Positions 34,649 to 44,770 of a stretch of 49,373 nucleotides of DNA are shown piece after piece; the stretch's first letter is position 1, and each line of letters opens with the position of its first letter. The notes under the pieces are model-generated. The model was not told the origin of the DNA and searched no databases. It saw only the letters and a list, made by a program, of their open reading frames with translations. This DNA is from a virus (lineage: Duplodnaviria; Caudoviricetes), in IMG/VR virus record IMGVR_UViG_3300033067_000841, positions 1 to 49,373 of that record. One strand, 5' to 3'. The position numbers and the translations under genes were made by a program.

Positions 34649-36759
34649 TAGATTCCTGAGTTTGCTGTTTCGAATACCGACCAACCAATGACATCGAAGG
34701 GTTGACCATCCACGGATGTGACAAGGAACTGTACTGCCAGTCCTGATCCTCGTAGCTTGATCCTCTTCTTGTCGTACTTCTTGTGGCCTGTGTTAAAGTT
34801 TAGCTTCTGTCGAGATGTGTAGTCACCCAGGTCGCCATCTGTGGCGTAGTCCCAAATACCCTGTAGATAAAGCTGGGTTGGGTTGTCGTTACCAGCAAAC
34901 AGATAAATGTAGTTGCTGTTAAACTTCTTCTGAGCGTCACCTCGTACCTTGTAGCCACTGCGTACGTAGCTGTCGTAATTCACACCAGTGCTGTCGTAGG
35001 TGTACCAGTCCAGATACCTCTCGTCGGACTCCTCAGCGAATGTCAGCGCATAAGATCCCCCTGAGGGGTAGCTGACGATGTACTTGAAGAAGGAGGCCAG
35101 GGAAGAGGTGGTCAGTTCGTCCACGGTGACAGCTGCGCTGCCCAGGTCCGTAACGACGTTGCCGTCAGCGTCCACGACCGTCTCCTGCTCGAAGGTACTG
35201 CCGGTACCCTGGATGGCGACAAGGCCGTTGATGCCCACTGGAGAGCTGTCTATGGACCACGGGTAGAAGGCTCCCGTGACGGTGTTGAAATTGAGGATGC
35301 GATCGAAGGTGTACCGCTCGGTGAGAGTGGTTGCCTCTGTCGATCGGTAGGCCCACTGCACCACCTTGGTCAGGCTGTTGAAAAAGCCCTTGGCGTAGGG
35401 CTTGGAGTCGCTGGGAATCTCCTCGTTAAAGAAGGACTTGATCTTCTTCTCGGAGATGGACACCACGCCTACGTCACCCAGCTGGTTGGTGGGAGCCACG
35501 GTGTAAATGCCATCTGAGTTCCACCACGCTGGTGCTCCACCCATGTCCACAAAGGAGCTGGCGCTCAGGCATGGGGTGGACGACAGACGACGGACGGTGA
35601 AGTCCTGGGCTGTGAACCCTGTGCCGGTGCTGCCGCTGATGGACCATACGCCATTGCTGGCGAAGATCACGAGGGAGCTCTGGAGGGACACGAGCTTGAT
35701 GACGGTACCGCAGTCGAGGATGTTGACCACACCACCATCGGTGGCGAGGAGATCGAACTGGACCTCGGAGGCTGGGTCGTTCTCCTGGTGACACAGACCG
35801 AACTGCCGTGGGGTCTCGATGACCTGGCTGTAGTAGATCTTGTTGGAGAAGCCCTGGGCCTGGGTACCGGCGTAGAACACACGGCTGGCGAAGAACGCTA
35901 CGGTGCTGGGGCGGTAGTAGCCGCTGCTGACCACGGGGATGCCACTGACGCCTGATGTCCCCGAGCGGTCCTGGTAGAAGGCTTCGAGAATGAAGGAGCC
36001 CTTGGGAGCCGGGCTGTTGCCCCGGTAGATCTGGTTGGCCAGGGACGGGGTGAAGACCTCGCTGGCGTCCTTGTAGAGCCACCACACATCAGCGTTGCTG
36101 GGATAGGCGCCTACGGTCGAAGCGAACTGGACGTTGAGGCTGTTGTTCCAGCCCTGGTTGTAGAGGTTGTAGATGTGGGCGTTGGAGCCACCACCACCTG
36201 GCCTTGTGGTCACTGCCAGGCCATCGTCCACCCCTTCGAAATCCCGCATGTAGATGGTGATCTCGGTGGCTGTGAAATCCTCTGTGTCGGGGTTGTACTC
36301 GACATAGAAGGGTTCGCAGGTGGGATGGGTCACAAACAAATAACCCTGGCCATAGGCAAACTGTGCCTCGGTCAGGGCTGGGCTCGGAGAGCCGGATACG
36401 GCAAAGTCTGTCAACAGGATGGTGTCGGACATACGGTCCCCCGACAGGGCACCAGATGCATTGACACGATAGAACGACAGGGTGCTGCCGACCTGGATCA
36501 CTACGAAGTTGTAGTTACCGTTGCCAGCAGCGTTCTGCCATAGGAATGAGTTGACGACGACATCAGCCCTGTTCTCTGTGTGGGTGGTGTACCCACTCTC
36601 AAAGTCAATCCCTAGTCGTCTTGTGAAGTTCGCCTTTGGCCAGAAGACGCAGTTGTCCGTGTCGCTAGCGGCGTTCTCTGGGAAATTAAGAGCAGTGGCT
36701 TCCGTCACCAATCCGTTGACGAAATTATTTTCAATAGATGTGGCGACATTGCGGCTCAT
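34648..36759 (-). CDS. Tail tubular protein B / nozzle
   Basis: 703 aa, beta-rich, 'NNFVNGLVTEA'; position. Confidence 0.75.
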   Translation of the reverse strand: MSRNVATSIENNFVNGLVTEATALNFPENAASDTDNCVFWPKANFTRRLGIDFESGYTTHTENRADVVVNSFLWQNAAGNGNYNFVVIQVGSTLSFYRVNASGALSGDRMSDTILLTDFAVSGSPSPALTEAQFAYGQGYLFVTHPTCEPFYVEYNPDTEDFTATEITIYMRDFEGVDDGLAVTTRPGGGGSNAHIYNLYNQGWNNSLNVQFASTVGAYPSNADVWWLYKDASEVFTPSLANQIYRGNSPAPKGSFILEAFYQDRSGTSGVSGIPVVSSGYYRPSTVAFFASRVFYAGTQAQGFSNKIYYSQVIETPRQFGLCHQENDPASEVQFDLLATDGGVVNILDCGTVIKLVSLQSSLVIFASNGVWSISGSTGTGFTAQDFTVRRLSSTPCLSASSFVDMGGAPAWWNSDGIYTVAPTNQLGDVGVVSISEKKIKSFFNEEIPSDSKPYAKGFFNSLTKVVQWAYRSTEATTLTERYTFDRILNFNTVTGAFYPWSIDSSPVGINGLVAIQGTGSTFEQETVVDADGNVVTDLGSAAVTVDELTTSSLASFFKYIVSYPSGGSYALTFAEESDERYLDWYTYDSTGVNYDSYVRSGYKVRGDAQKKFNSNYIYLFAGNDNPTQLYLQGIWDYATDGDLGDYTSRQKLNFNTGHKKYDKKRIKLRGSGLAVQFLVTSVDGQPFDVIGWSVFETANSGI

Positions 36760-36768
36760 TAAAATTCC

Positions 36769-37011
36769 TTACTTGGAAACTTCCTTCACTTCTCGTCCCT
36801 TCTCATTGAGGTAGTGCATGATTGCTTTCTCTGCCTCAGTGAAGGACGTGTAGTGTCCCTTTAGCTTGTGTGGGATCTGTCCCCTCTCCATCGAGATCGA
36901 CCAGAACCCATATGGATCTGACTTACGGATATGAACTGTGTTGTTGTCGAGCTTGAGAGTCCGGTCGTTGCTTAGGTCTTTGTCAGACTGGGTGTTAAAA
37001 ATATCGAACAT
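36769..37011 (-). CDS. Hypothetical protein
   Basis: 'LKGHYTSFTEAEKAI'; packed in the operon. Confidence 0.6.
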   Translation of the reverse strand: MFDIFNTQSDKDLSNDRTLKLDNNTVHIRKSDPYGFWSISMERGQIPHKLKGHYTSFTEAEKAIMHYLNEKGREVKEVSK

Positions 37012-37769
37012 TATTTCCTTCCGTAATTCGGCAGCTGTTCAAAAAGGGTCAACCCCTTGACGTTCTGTGCCGTCAGTTGAGATTTGATCCAATGCTTCTT
37101 TGCCTTGCGTTCGGCGTTGGCATTCTGAGATTGCTTTATCTCAGCAAATGCCGTGGACTTGGCTTCGTTGAGAAGCAGTGGGAACAGGTTCGCATCCAGG
37201 TCAGGGACGAAGCTGTTGGACTTGGTGAAGGTCGGCATCTTGGTGCCGTAGCACTGGGTCTTGGACGTCTGCAGTGTGGAGTCGACAGCAGAGTCATAGG
37301 CATCAAATACAATGTACCTGTCGTCCAGGGATGTGTAATATTTGGGAGCCCTGTCGTTGTAGCACAGCAATAGGTTGCCATCGGGGGCTGTGTAGCTGAT
37401 GACGTTGGTCGCTGACTCCTGGAGTCCTAGGACGTAGTCCATGAACTCTAGGGGTTCCATCCAATGGATGTCTGTAAACTTGGGATCTGTATCCCCGCTT
37501 TCTATGGTATTGTACTTCACCCATAGAACAGAATCAACAGTACTAGGTACCGACATAGTCACAGGCTTGGCTGTATTGCCAGAAGCTGTGAGCTGAAAGA
37601 CACCATACATCTCGGGTAGGTTGAGACGTGCTACGATGTCGTAGTAGGTGTCCTGAATGACCTCCACTACCTGCATGCTCTCGACGGTATCATTGATGGA
37701 GTTGACCTCATCACCGTCGATGGACGAAAGGATCTTTTGAGTTAGCTCAAGTAGCGTTAGTTTGCTCAT
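37011..37769 (-). CDS. Tail tubular protein A / adaptor
   Basis: 'TLLELTQKILSSIDGDEVNSI.DT.ES.QV'. Confidence 0.8.
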   Translation of the reverse strand: MSKLTLLELTQKILSSIDGDEVNSINDTVESMQVVEVIQDTYYDIVARLNLPEMYGVFQLTASGNTAKPVTMSVPSTVDSVLWVKYNTIESGDTDPKFTDIHWMEPLEFMDYVLGLQESATNVISYTAPDGNLLLCYNDRAPKYYTSLDDRYIVFDAYDSAVDSTLQTSKTQCYGTKMPTFTKSNSFVPDLDANLFPLLLNEAKSTAFAEIKQSQNANAERKAKKHWIKSQLTAQNVKGLTLFEQLPNYGRK

Positions 37770-37984
37770 TCAATTACATCTTGCTTCTGGTAGAACTTTT
37801 CCAATTTAACAGTCCACATACAAGCTTTCAGATCCTTCTTACACGCACCACCTAGAGCCTCAATAACACTGAAGGGTGGTGGATCAAGGTGAGGATTTAT
37901 AACCTGCCTTGGTAGATCTCTTACGCAACCCACTAATGGCATCATCAAAATCACTAGGGGTACGATCAATCTCTTTCCACTCAT
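37766..37984 (-). CDS. o-spanin (Rz1-like lipoprotein)
   Basis: MSGKRLIVPLVILMMPLVG-C lipobox, Pro-rich, overlapping the i-spanin in another frame. Confidence 0.7.
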   Translation of the reverse strand: MSGKRLIVPLVILMMPLVGCVRDLPRQVINPHLDPPPFSVIEALGGACKKDLKACMWTVKLEKFYQKQDVIE

Positions 37985-38156
37985 TCTGGATTCTTTCGTT
38001 TCTTTTGTCGATCTCCCTACGTATGGTGAGACTACCGTCCCTACGTCCACTTAGATATGCTTTTAGGATAAGAAGACCAAAACCAATAACAGCAGCTCCA
38101 TATATATATAGCTTATATCTTAAGGAGCTTAGGAGAGCCAGAAGGCTAGATACCAT
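37884..38156 (-). CDS. i-spanin (Rz-like)
   Basis: N-terminal TM plus coiled coil, directly after the endolysin. Confidence 0.7.
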   Translation of the reverse strand: MVSSLLALLSSLRYKLYIYGAAVIGFGLLILKAYLSGRRDGSLTIRREIDKRNERIQNEWKEIDRTPSDFDDAISGLRKRSTKAGYKSSP

Positions 38157-38907
38157 TCTCGTACTTTTCCTTTTGTCGGTGGGTGAAGTAGTAGGTCAGG
38201 CAGGCCAGGGCTGTGACACCCAGGATGCTGACGATTGCTACCCCTTCCCATCCCTCGACATAGGACATGACATAACCAAGTGCCCCTGAGGAGGCCACAG
38301 AGCCCGCTACAGTGCGTACGGAGGTATCCTCCAGTAGGGGTGTAGCCAGACGCTCATGATCGCCGTCCTGGGGCTCCTCTGTGGCTTCTGAAGCCCTTGC
38401 AGCGTTGATGCTGTCGAGGAAGTTCTGATGGTACCCGGCGATGAGCCTCGCCTTGTCCATCTTGTTGATAATGCGCCTGGCTCCCTGGGGATCGTCTATC
38501 CGGTCGTTGAAGTACTGGTTGAGCTTCTTGCCGGTGAAGATGCCCTCGGTCATGCCCTTAAACATGATGTCAAGAGCCTTGCCCCATTCGAGGGCCTGCT
38601 CTGGACGCCTCAGGCCAAACTTCTTGTAGTTCTCTTCCCAGGTGATTTGTACCAGACCACGTCCGTACCATGGATAATAGGGCTTGGACTTGAGATATGC
38701 ACGACCACCCTTCTCCTCGACAGGTTGCATGGTGGCTGCTGTTTCGTGGAAGACCGTAGCCAGCATGTAAGCCAGCCAACGATCATCGTCGTAACCTTCT
38801 TCATCCCAGCGGTCGAGAATACGGTCCAGGCCATCCTTCTGGGCAGGGGTAAGCCTACCACCGAAGGGAGCCCTTCTGACGTATTCGTAGAACTTCTGGC
38901 GATTCAT
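38146..38907 (-). CDS. Endolysin, glycoside hydrolase family 19-like
   Basis: 'LAYMLATVFHET', 'YGRGLVQITWEENY', 'ARRIIN'; hydrophobic C-terminus. Confidence 0.85.
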   Translation of the reverse strand: MNRQKFYEYVRRAPFGGRLTPAQKDGLDRILDRWDEEGYDDDRWLAYMLATVFHETAATMQPVEEKGGRAYLKSKPYYPWYGRGLVQITWEENYKKFGLRRPEQALEWGKALDIMFKGMTEGIFTGKKLNQYFNDRIDDPQGARRIINKMDKARLIAGYHQNFLDSINAARASEATEEPQDGDHERLATPLLEDTSVRTVAGSVASSGALGYVMSYVEGWEGVAIVSILGVTALACLTYYFTHRQKEKYENGI

Positions 38908-38916
38908 AAAGCACCT

Positions 38917-40122
38917 TTAAGTCTTGATGCAGAACATTACTGCGTAGTTGCGGACCCTGTTCTCTGTACCGCTGTTGTTATTCACGGTGGTGGAGACCGA
39001 CACTGTGTGGGTGTGGGCACCACTGGAGGAGGTCGTAGCCGATACGGCTGGGCTGCCACCCGTGTTGGCTGTCTGTGGGACGAGAGAGCCGCCAGCGCTG
39101 TCGTAGACACTGACAGTGTGGGTATGTGCTCCATCGCTGCTGGTAGAGCCTGAGGAGCTCGCTGTGTGGCTATGAGGCCCGATCATCTCGCTCTGGGAGC
39201 TGGCGAAGGTACGACCGCTGTCGGTCCCCTTGCCGTGGTCCCAGCCACGAAGGAATTCACCACGAAGATCGGGTACGTTGAATGTGGTGGAACCATTACC
39301 AGCTCCCCATGTGGTTCCGACAACGGCGAAGAGGGCTGAGTAGGTGCTGCGGGATACCGCGGAACCATCGCACTCCAGGTAGCCGGTAGGCGCTGCATCG
39401 TCTGCAAAGGCAATGATGGTGCCGGTGGGGTTGGCTGCGGGGGTGACCCAGCTGGGATCAGCTCCCGCTCCGTTGGTCTGGAGAACCTGGCCAGCCGTAC
39501 CAGGGCCTAGACCCAACCAGGAGGACGATCCCCTGTAGAAGATCGACCCACGGGTGACTGTCAGGAAGTCGAGCACCTGGCTAAGCGTGCAGTCCTCTGG
39601 GACACCTGTGGAGGCTGTCTTGCGAGCCTTGATCAGGTTGTTGCCCATATCGGCCAGCTTGGCGTTGGTAACAGCGCCATTGACGATCTCGGCCGTGTTG
39701 ACGGCGTTGTCTGCCATCTTGGCGTTGGTCACAGCGTTGTCAGCAATGGTCCCTTCCTGGGATTGCGATGCCGCCAGTTCCGCTGCTGCCTGGGCTGCCT
39801 CTGCGGCTGCCTGTGCGGCTTCTGCAGCTGCCTGTGCTGCCTCGGCGTCTGCTACGGCGTCTGAGAGATCTGCCAGCTCTGATGTGGCTGCGTCGAACTC
39901 TGCCTTGCGTACGGGCTCGGTAGAGCCGACAGCTGCCGGTAGGTTGAGGATCCGGTTGCTGTTCATGTCGAGAGAGGCACCCATCGTGTTGGGAGAAGTT
40001 CCGTCTCGCGAGAGTGTGTTCTCCAGAGCTGTCTCGATCAGAGCACTGTTGGCATTGATCGTCGCTACTGCTGTAGTCTCGTTCTCTAGATTAGTGACGT
40101 CTGAAAGAGTTAGCTTAGCCAT
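38917..40122 (-). CDS. Tail fibre with tail-collar domain
   Basis: 'PTGTIIAFA...APTGYLECDGSAVSRSTYSALF...TFNVPDLRGEFLRG', HxH repeats, 'ENRVRNYAVMFCIK'. Confidence 0.85.
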   Translation of the reverse strand: MAKLTLSDVTNLENETTAVATINANSALIETALENTLSRDGTSPNTMGASLDMNSNRILNLPAAVGSTEPVRKAEFDAATSELADLSDAVADAEAAQAAAEAAQAAAEAAQAAAELAASQSQEGTIADNAVTNAKMADNAVNTAEIVNGAVTNAKLADMGNNLIKARKTASTGVPEDCTLSQVLDFLTVTRGSIFYRGSSSWLGLGPGTAGQVLQTNGAGADPSWVTPAANPTGTIIAFADDAAPTGYLECDGSAVSRSTYSALFAVVGTTWGAGNGSTTFNVPDLRGEFLRGWDHGKGTDSGRTFASSQSEMIGPHSHTASSSGSTSSDGAHTHTVSVYDSAGGSLVPQTANTGGSPAVSATTSSSGAHTHTVSVSTTVNNNSGTENRVRNYAVMFCIKT

Positions 40123-41711
40123 TATGCCTGAACCATAAGCTTACGGACAGTACCACCGGAGTCTTTTACAGTAATGTATCCGGTGCTGTCGGTGGCTGCC
40201 CCAGCCGTGTAGGTACCAAACTTGAGGTTGCCGGTACCCTTTGGTGTGATTGCAATATCGATGTTGGAATCAGATCCTGAAGCCCCGAGGGATACCGCAT
40301 TACCTGTGGTAGACCCTGTAGCTGCCAGCTTGTTTACACCACTGGCTGTGGGGATAACGACAAGACCAGCTTCCGCTGTGCTAGAACCACCGAGGTAGAC
40401 ACCTGTAGCACTATGAGCTGATCTGGTTACCGTGACCCAACGAGATGAGGATGTCCCGTCATCGCTGAGGAGACGGCCACGCAGTTCGTTACTTTCAGCA
40501 TCGAGACGCCAGCGTTTGGCGTTGCTAGAGGCGTCTGTCTCGTATAGTTCAATAATGGGGTTAGCGTTACGCATGATCTGATTCTTGACCATCCGGGCGT
40601 CCAGGTAGGGATCACCAACCACCATGAGATCCGTCTCATCATTGGTCAGGTCGGTAAGCCAGGGTTCGCTGCTGGCTGCGACACTCTCGTATGAATTGAA
40701 AGCGTACAGGACGTTTGTTGTGGTTCCGGACGTTTCGATAATGTACTTCGGGTTATTGCCGCTCGAACGCTGGAAGTGGCACATGATGATGCCGACACCA
40801 CCGACCGAGTCAGTAATCTTGATGTTAGAGGAGGTATTGGTCGTACCGTTGCTGTTCTCGTAGAAGACAGTGTTGGCTAGCTTGAACCCACGGATTGCCG
40901 TAGCGCTACCAGCACCAGTGACAAGAACCCCGTGGGAGGAGTTACGGTCAATGGAACCACCCTGCCAAAAGACCTCCTGTGCAGAGGACTGCACATTGAG
41001 TCCAACGCTTCCGTTGGAGTAGGAGAAGCAATTGTCAAAGAACATTGCGTAAGAAGCAATGAGGTTTACGCCGTAGCGCCCGTTGGCTCCAAACGAACAA
41101 CCATTGACACGGAAGTCACCTGACGTCTGAACATAGAGACCATCAAGGGTATTCTCGCGCAGACCACAGTTGTAGATGCCACCAGCATTACGGTTCGACT
41201 GGATTTCTACACCATGCTCCTTGCAGTTCTTGACAATCATGAACCGCATATACATGGCCTGGCCATAACCCGACCCAAGAGTGGGCAGGTAGATACCGGA
41301 GCCCTGGGACTGGTTGGCGTCGTTACCATCGACAGTGAAGTCTGAGAACTCAATCCATAGGGGATCGGACTGGTCAACGGCAGTAATGGTGATGTTGTCA
41401 GTGTTGCTGTTGTCTGCGAGAATAAGCCTCGTCAGGTCTCGACCAGCTCCACGAATAACAATGGGGCCGGTAACAGTCAGTCCGGTGTGGACGATATCTC
41501 CTGCCGGAAGGGTCAGCTCACCACCACCAGCCGCCTCGATAGCCTCGATGGCTGCCTGGAGGGTCGTGGTGTTGTCGGTTACACCGTCTGTGATAAGGGA
41601 CTGGGTATTTTCGGCATAGGCTTCATGAACTTGGCCTTTGTCGAGATTAACTGTCGCCTCTTCCCTTGCGAAACGAATACGCAGACCATCTGCGTTAGTC
41701 CAAGTTGTCAT
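40122..41711 (-). CDS. Beta-helix (pectate-lyase-like) spike / depolymerase
   Basis: 'DGVTDNTTTLQAAI...GGGELTLPAG...IRGAG' followed by N/G-ladder repeats. Confidence 0.8.
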   Translation of the reverse strand: MTTWTNADGLRIRFAREEATVNLDKGQVHEAYAENTQSLITDGVTDNTTTLQAAIEAIEAAGGGELTLPAGDIVHTGLTVTGPIVIRGAGRDLTRLILADNSNTDNITITAVDQSDPLWIEFSDFTVDGNDANQSQGSGIYLPTLGSGYGQAMYMRFMIVKNCKEHGVEIQSNRNAGGIYNCGLRENTLDGLYVQTSGDFRVNGCSFGANGRYGVNLIASYAMFFDNCFSYSNGSVGLNVQSSAQEVFWQGGSIDRNSSHGVLVTGAGSATAIRGFKLANTVFYENSNGTTNTSSNIKITDSVGGVGIIMCHFQRSSGNNPKYIIETSGTTTNVLYAFNSYESVAASSEPWLTDLTNDETDLMVVGDPYLDARMVKNQIMRNANPIIELYETDASSNAKRWRLDAESNELRGRLLSDDGTSSSRWVTVTRSAHSATGVYLGGSSTAEAGLVVIPTASGVNKLAATGSTTGNAVSLGASGSDSNIDIAITPKGTGNLKFGTYTAGAATDSTGYITVKDSGGTVRKLMVQA

Positions 41712-41720
41712 TGAAAACCC

Positions 41721-42212
41721 TTACGTCAGTGTAAGTTCAATAAGAAAAGTAATTGTTGCTGTCGTGGAGCTACCACCGTCTGTGGCAATCTTGAACCACT
41801 GGCCTGCTGTAAATGTGTTGTTGGAAGCTGGGGTCAGTTCATCGATGTCGCCTTCGGCAGAACCGCTGTAGGCGATGGTCATGGTCCCGGCTACGCCACC
41901 ACCGACCTTGGTCACCGTAATGGTGCTATTGGCGCTTGTGATGGTGTTGCTGATGATGCTGGTGACCTTGGAGAGGGTACACGCACGGGGAACTGGGATG
42001 TAGACGGAGCTGGCTGTGGATACGTCAGCAAGGACAGCTGTGAGCCAGATCTTGTTGCTGTTGTAGATATCGGAGCCGATGCTGTTGGCTCCTACCTTCT
42101 GCCACGTCCCTGAACCGGAGCCATTGGCGACGTAGACGGTATTGGCAGAGGCTGAATCAGCACCCTTGGGTTCGTGCAGATTGGCTCCGGTCAGAGAAGC
42201 GTGGCTTGGCAT
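41721..42212 (-). CDS. Virion structural protein
   Basis: 'HASLTGANLHEPKG...VYVANGSGSGTW'; S/T-rich. Confidence 0.6.
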   Translation of the reverse strand: MPSHASLTGANLHEPKGADSASANTVYVANGSGSGTWQKVGANSIGSDIYNSNKIWLTAVLADVSTASSVYIPVPRACTLSKVTSIISNTITSANSTITVTKVGGGVAGTMTIAYSGSAEGDIDELTPASNNTFTAGQWFKIATDGGSSTTATITFLIELTLT

Positions 42213-42520
42213 TAGGCTACTGGAGCCTCATCAGCGGGAGCCTCCGTGGAGGGATCCTCTGGTACGGGGTTGTCCAGGACACCATCGGCAGCGTCCTCAC
42301 GGACCTGGGCGATGATGGTGGCGAGAGATGCGGCGGCAGCCTGGGAACGGGAGAGAGCCTCCTCCAGAGCCTTGGAACGGTTCACAGCTGCGTCACGCTC
42401 AGCTGCGACGGCGGCTACGTCGACAGCTACGGCCTCTAGGGCCTTCACTGCGTCGGAGTCACCAGCGAGCCAACGGAGGGCATCTGCGGTCTTCTGAATA
42501 TCGGTCAATGTGTCCTCCAA
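42212..42520 (-). CDS. Hypothetical coiled-coil protein
   Basis: Ala-rich; true start may be TTG ~42508 after GGAGG. Confidence 0.55.
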   Translation of the reverse strand: MEDTLTDIQKTADALRWLAGDSDAVKALEAVAVDVAAVAAERDAAVNRSKALEEALSRSQAAAASLATIIAQVREDAADGVLDNPVPEDPSTEAPADEAPVA

Positions 42521-42551
42521 AGGAAAAGAGGGGCTCCGAAGAGCCCCCTAA
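42519..42551 (-). terminator. Intrinsic terminator after capsid genes
   Basis: Minus strand GGGGCTC-TTCG-GAGCCCC-TCTTTTCCTTT (UUCG loop). Confidence 0.85.
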
Positions 42552-42554
42552 GTA

Positions 42555-43040
42555 TTAGGGCTTGTACCAGAAGATCTGGACACGGATCTTGCCCGTGTCG
42601 AACGCTGCCGTGTCATAGTCGGCAGTCAGATATCCGGTGTAGGCGAGAGTCGTACCGACAAGAGCACCTACGGTGGAAGTGCCAACCGAGTACTCCTTGG
42701 TTTCACCAGCTGCGTTGTAGTCAGCCACGACAGCTGCAGCGAGCAGGCCGTCGTAGTCGAGCTCGGTCGAGCGATCGAGTCGCTGGAAGCCGACGTTGAG
42801 GGTTGCACCTGAGCCGGTAGCAGCCACCTCGTTGATGACCTTCACCTTGGTGATGCGAGCACCAGCGGGGATGGTTACATGCTCGTCGAGACGTGCAGCG
42901 GCAGAGGCGAGGCTCGTGAGGGTAATCACCACTTCGGTGATACGCTCCAGACCGGGAGTGCGGTATTCACCAGCAGTCCCTACGGTGGCCTCTTCCTTGC
43001 CGAACTTGACGTATAGGCCGTCTGAATTAGTCCATGCCAT
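42555..43040 (-). CDS. Capsid decoration / minor capsid protein
   Basis: Directly after the MCP and before the terminator; 'TIPAGARIT.V.V...A.TGSGATLNVG' beta-sandwich pattern. Confidence 0.65.
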   Translation of the reverse strand: MAWTNSDGLYVKFGKEEATVGTAGEYRTPGLERITEVVITLTSLASAAARLDEHVTIPAGARITKVKVINEVAATGSGATLNVGFQRLDRSTELDYDGLLAAAVVADYNAAGETKEYSVGTSTVGALVGTTLAYTGYLTADYDTAAFDTGKIRVQIFWYKP

Positions 43041-43063
43041 TGTTATATACTCCTAGCTATAAA

Positions 43064-44017
43064 TTAGACCTGGTCCGTGTCGGAGATGACAACGACCATG
43101 TTCTCGGGACGGAATAGCTTGAAGCCATAACGGCAGGTGGTGACGTACTCTTCGCGCTGGAGGTCCTTGTTGAACTCCGAGTCAACCTTCGGAGGCTGAC
43201 GGATGCTGCCGACGAAGGGCAGGACATCAGGGGCAGCGGAGAAGAAGAGGTTGGCAACGCCAGCGGCCGCTGTGGGGCCTGTGGCATCGACCTGCTCCGA
43301 GAGACCGGACTTGAGGTTCTGAGAGACGTAGACGTCGAAGCCGTACACGTTCATGACGAACTTCATGCCGGTACCGATACCGTCACGGATGACGCCTTCC
43401 CAACGTGGGTTGTTGGAAACGGTGACCAGGTTGGAGATCGTGGACAGCGCGTACTCCACCGAGGGGTCGACAATGGCAACGAGGTTGACCATTGGGACGT
43501 TGGCCTTCTGGAGGGCGTAGCGAGCCTTGGCGAAGTCCTGGGGAGCAATGACCTCGTTGGTGCCGGAGGCAATCCAGCGGTGCTTGGCACCGTTGATCTG
43601 GTTGGAGCTCGTGGCAGTCTGGGCCTCTGGGCCTAGAGCGAGGATGTCCACTTCCATCGACTTGGCAATCGCACGGGACTGCTTCGGTACGAACGAGGAC
43701 ACAAGACGGCTCATATAGAAGCTGTCCTGCTTCATCTTCTCGGTGATATAAGTAGCGGAGCTCTTATACTTGTTGATCGAGAAGGTGAAGTTGCCGGTAT
43801 CCATCGCAGTGTAGCGGATGGACTGACCCTCATCGTAGTCGAGCACTTCGGCCTGACCGATCGAGGGGATGTTGAGCGTGTCGCCATCGGGGAAGTCGCT
43901 GATCATATCAACGTATCCCATGGCCATGAGCTGATCCTCAAGGACTTCCTTGAGCTGGGTGGACCAGATATTTGAACGAATTAGGTGCTCGTTCGAGGCA
44001 GCAGAAAAACCAGCCAT
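43064..44017 (-). CDS. Major capsid protein
   Basis: 317 aa after the scaffold; 'LIRSNIWS', 'GDTLNIPSIG', 'YGFDVYVS', 'YGFKLFRPE'. Confidence 0.9.
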   Translation of the reverse strand: MAGFSAASNEHLIRSNIWSTQLKEVLEDQLMAMGYVDMISDFPDGDTLNIPSIGQAEVLDYDEGQSIRYTAMDTGNFTFSINKYKSSATYITEKMKQDSFYMSRLVSSFVPKQSRAIAKSMEVDILALGPEAQTATSSNQINGAKHRWIASGTNEVIAPQDFAKARYALQKANVPMVNLVAIVDPSVEYALSTISNLVTVSNNPRWEGVIRDGIGTGMKFVMNVYGFDVYVSQNLKSGLSEQVDATGPTAAAGVANLFFSAAPDVLPFVGSIRQPPKVDSEFNKDLQREEYVTTCRYGFKLFRPENMVVVISDTDQV

Positions 44018-44036
44018 ATGTGGTTACTCCAAATTA

Positions 44037-44762
44037 TTAGGTGAAAAATGCCTCCCCTTGACGCATGGCTTCGCGATGCATTTCATTCTGAACGGCTGGG
44101 GACCAATATGCTTTGGGGTCCTGTGCCTTCAACTTGTTGTAGTACGTCTGATTACGAGAAGTACCGCTGGACTGAGTAGAACCTGTGTTCTGGCTCGTGG
44201 GTGGAGTAAAGATGTCCCCATCCGTCCTGGTGACTGTCGTGTCGACACCAACCAGCCGTAGAAAGGCGTTTGGTGACGTAGCTGCCATGTTGTTCAGAAA
44301 GTCCCGGCTAACGCCGAGTTTCTTCGCTTCCGCATCAAGGCGAGTTGCGTAATTGCTGCCGAATGTTTCGGCTAGCTTCTGCTTCACAGAACTAAGGTTC
44401 TGCTTGGCAGTGTTTACCTGTTCACGCTTCTGTAGTTCCTCATCGAGGAGCTTACGAATTGTGTCCGGGCTTAACGCGGTGTCATCTCCACCTCTACGGT
44501 CTTGGTTATCCCCGCTTGGTTGGCTCTGTTGTGGCGAAGTGTTCTTAAATTGGTCCATGAACTCTTCTAGTTTAATCCGCGTATTCAGCTCTTCCCGTAG
44601 TCCGCCTAGTTCACTTTTGAGTTGCTCGATGAAGCGGTCTGCTTCCAGCTTTCCTCGGATAGCGTCTTCTACGGTCTTGAACTTCTTTCCTTCTCCGACA
44701 AGATCTTCAATCTTGACGTCTGCAATCCCCTGGTCTGGGTTCTCTTCGAATAGATCGGTCAT
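44037..44762 (-). CDS. Capsid scaffolding protein
   Basis: Coiled coil, 'LVGEGKKFKTVE', position between portal and MCP. Confidence 0.75.
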   Translation of the reverse strand: MTDLFEENPDQGIADVKIEDLVGEGKKFKTVEDAIRGKLEADRFIEQLKSELGGLREELNTRIKLEEFMDQFKNTSPQQSQPSGDNQDRRGGDDTALSPDTIRKLLDEELQKREQVNTAKQNLSSVKQKLAETFGSNYATRLDAEAKKLGVSRDFLNNMAATSPNAFLRLVGVDTTVTRTDGDIFTPPTSQNTGSTQSSGTSRNQTYYNKLKAQDPKAYWSPAVQNEMHREAMRQGEAFFT

Positions 44763-44770
44763 CTATGTCC

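Noticed and set aside
39780-39860. Short repeats encoding AEAAQAA
   Set aside because: Ordinary coiled-coil repeats in a tail fibre
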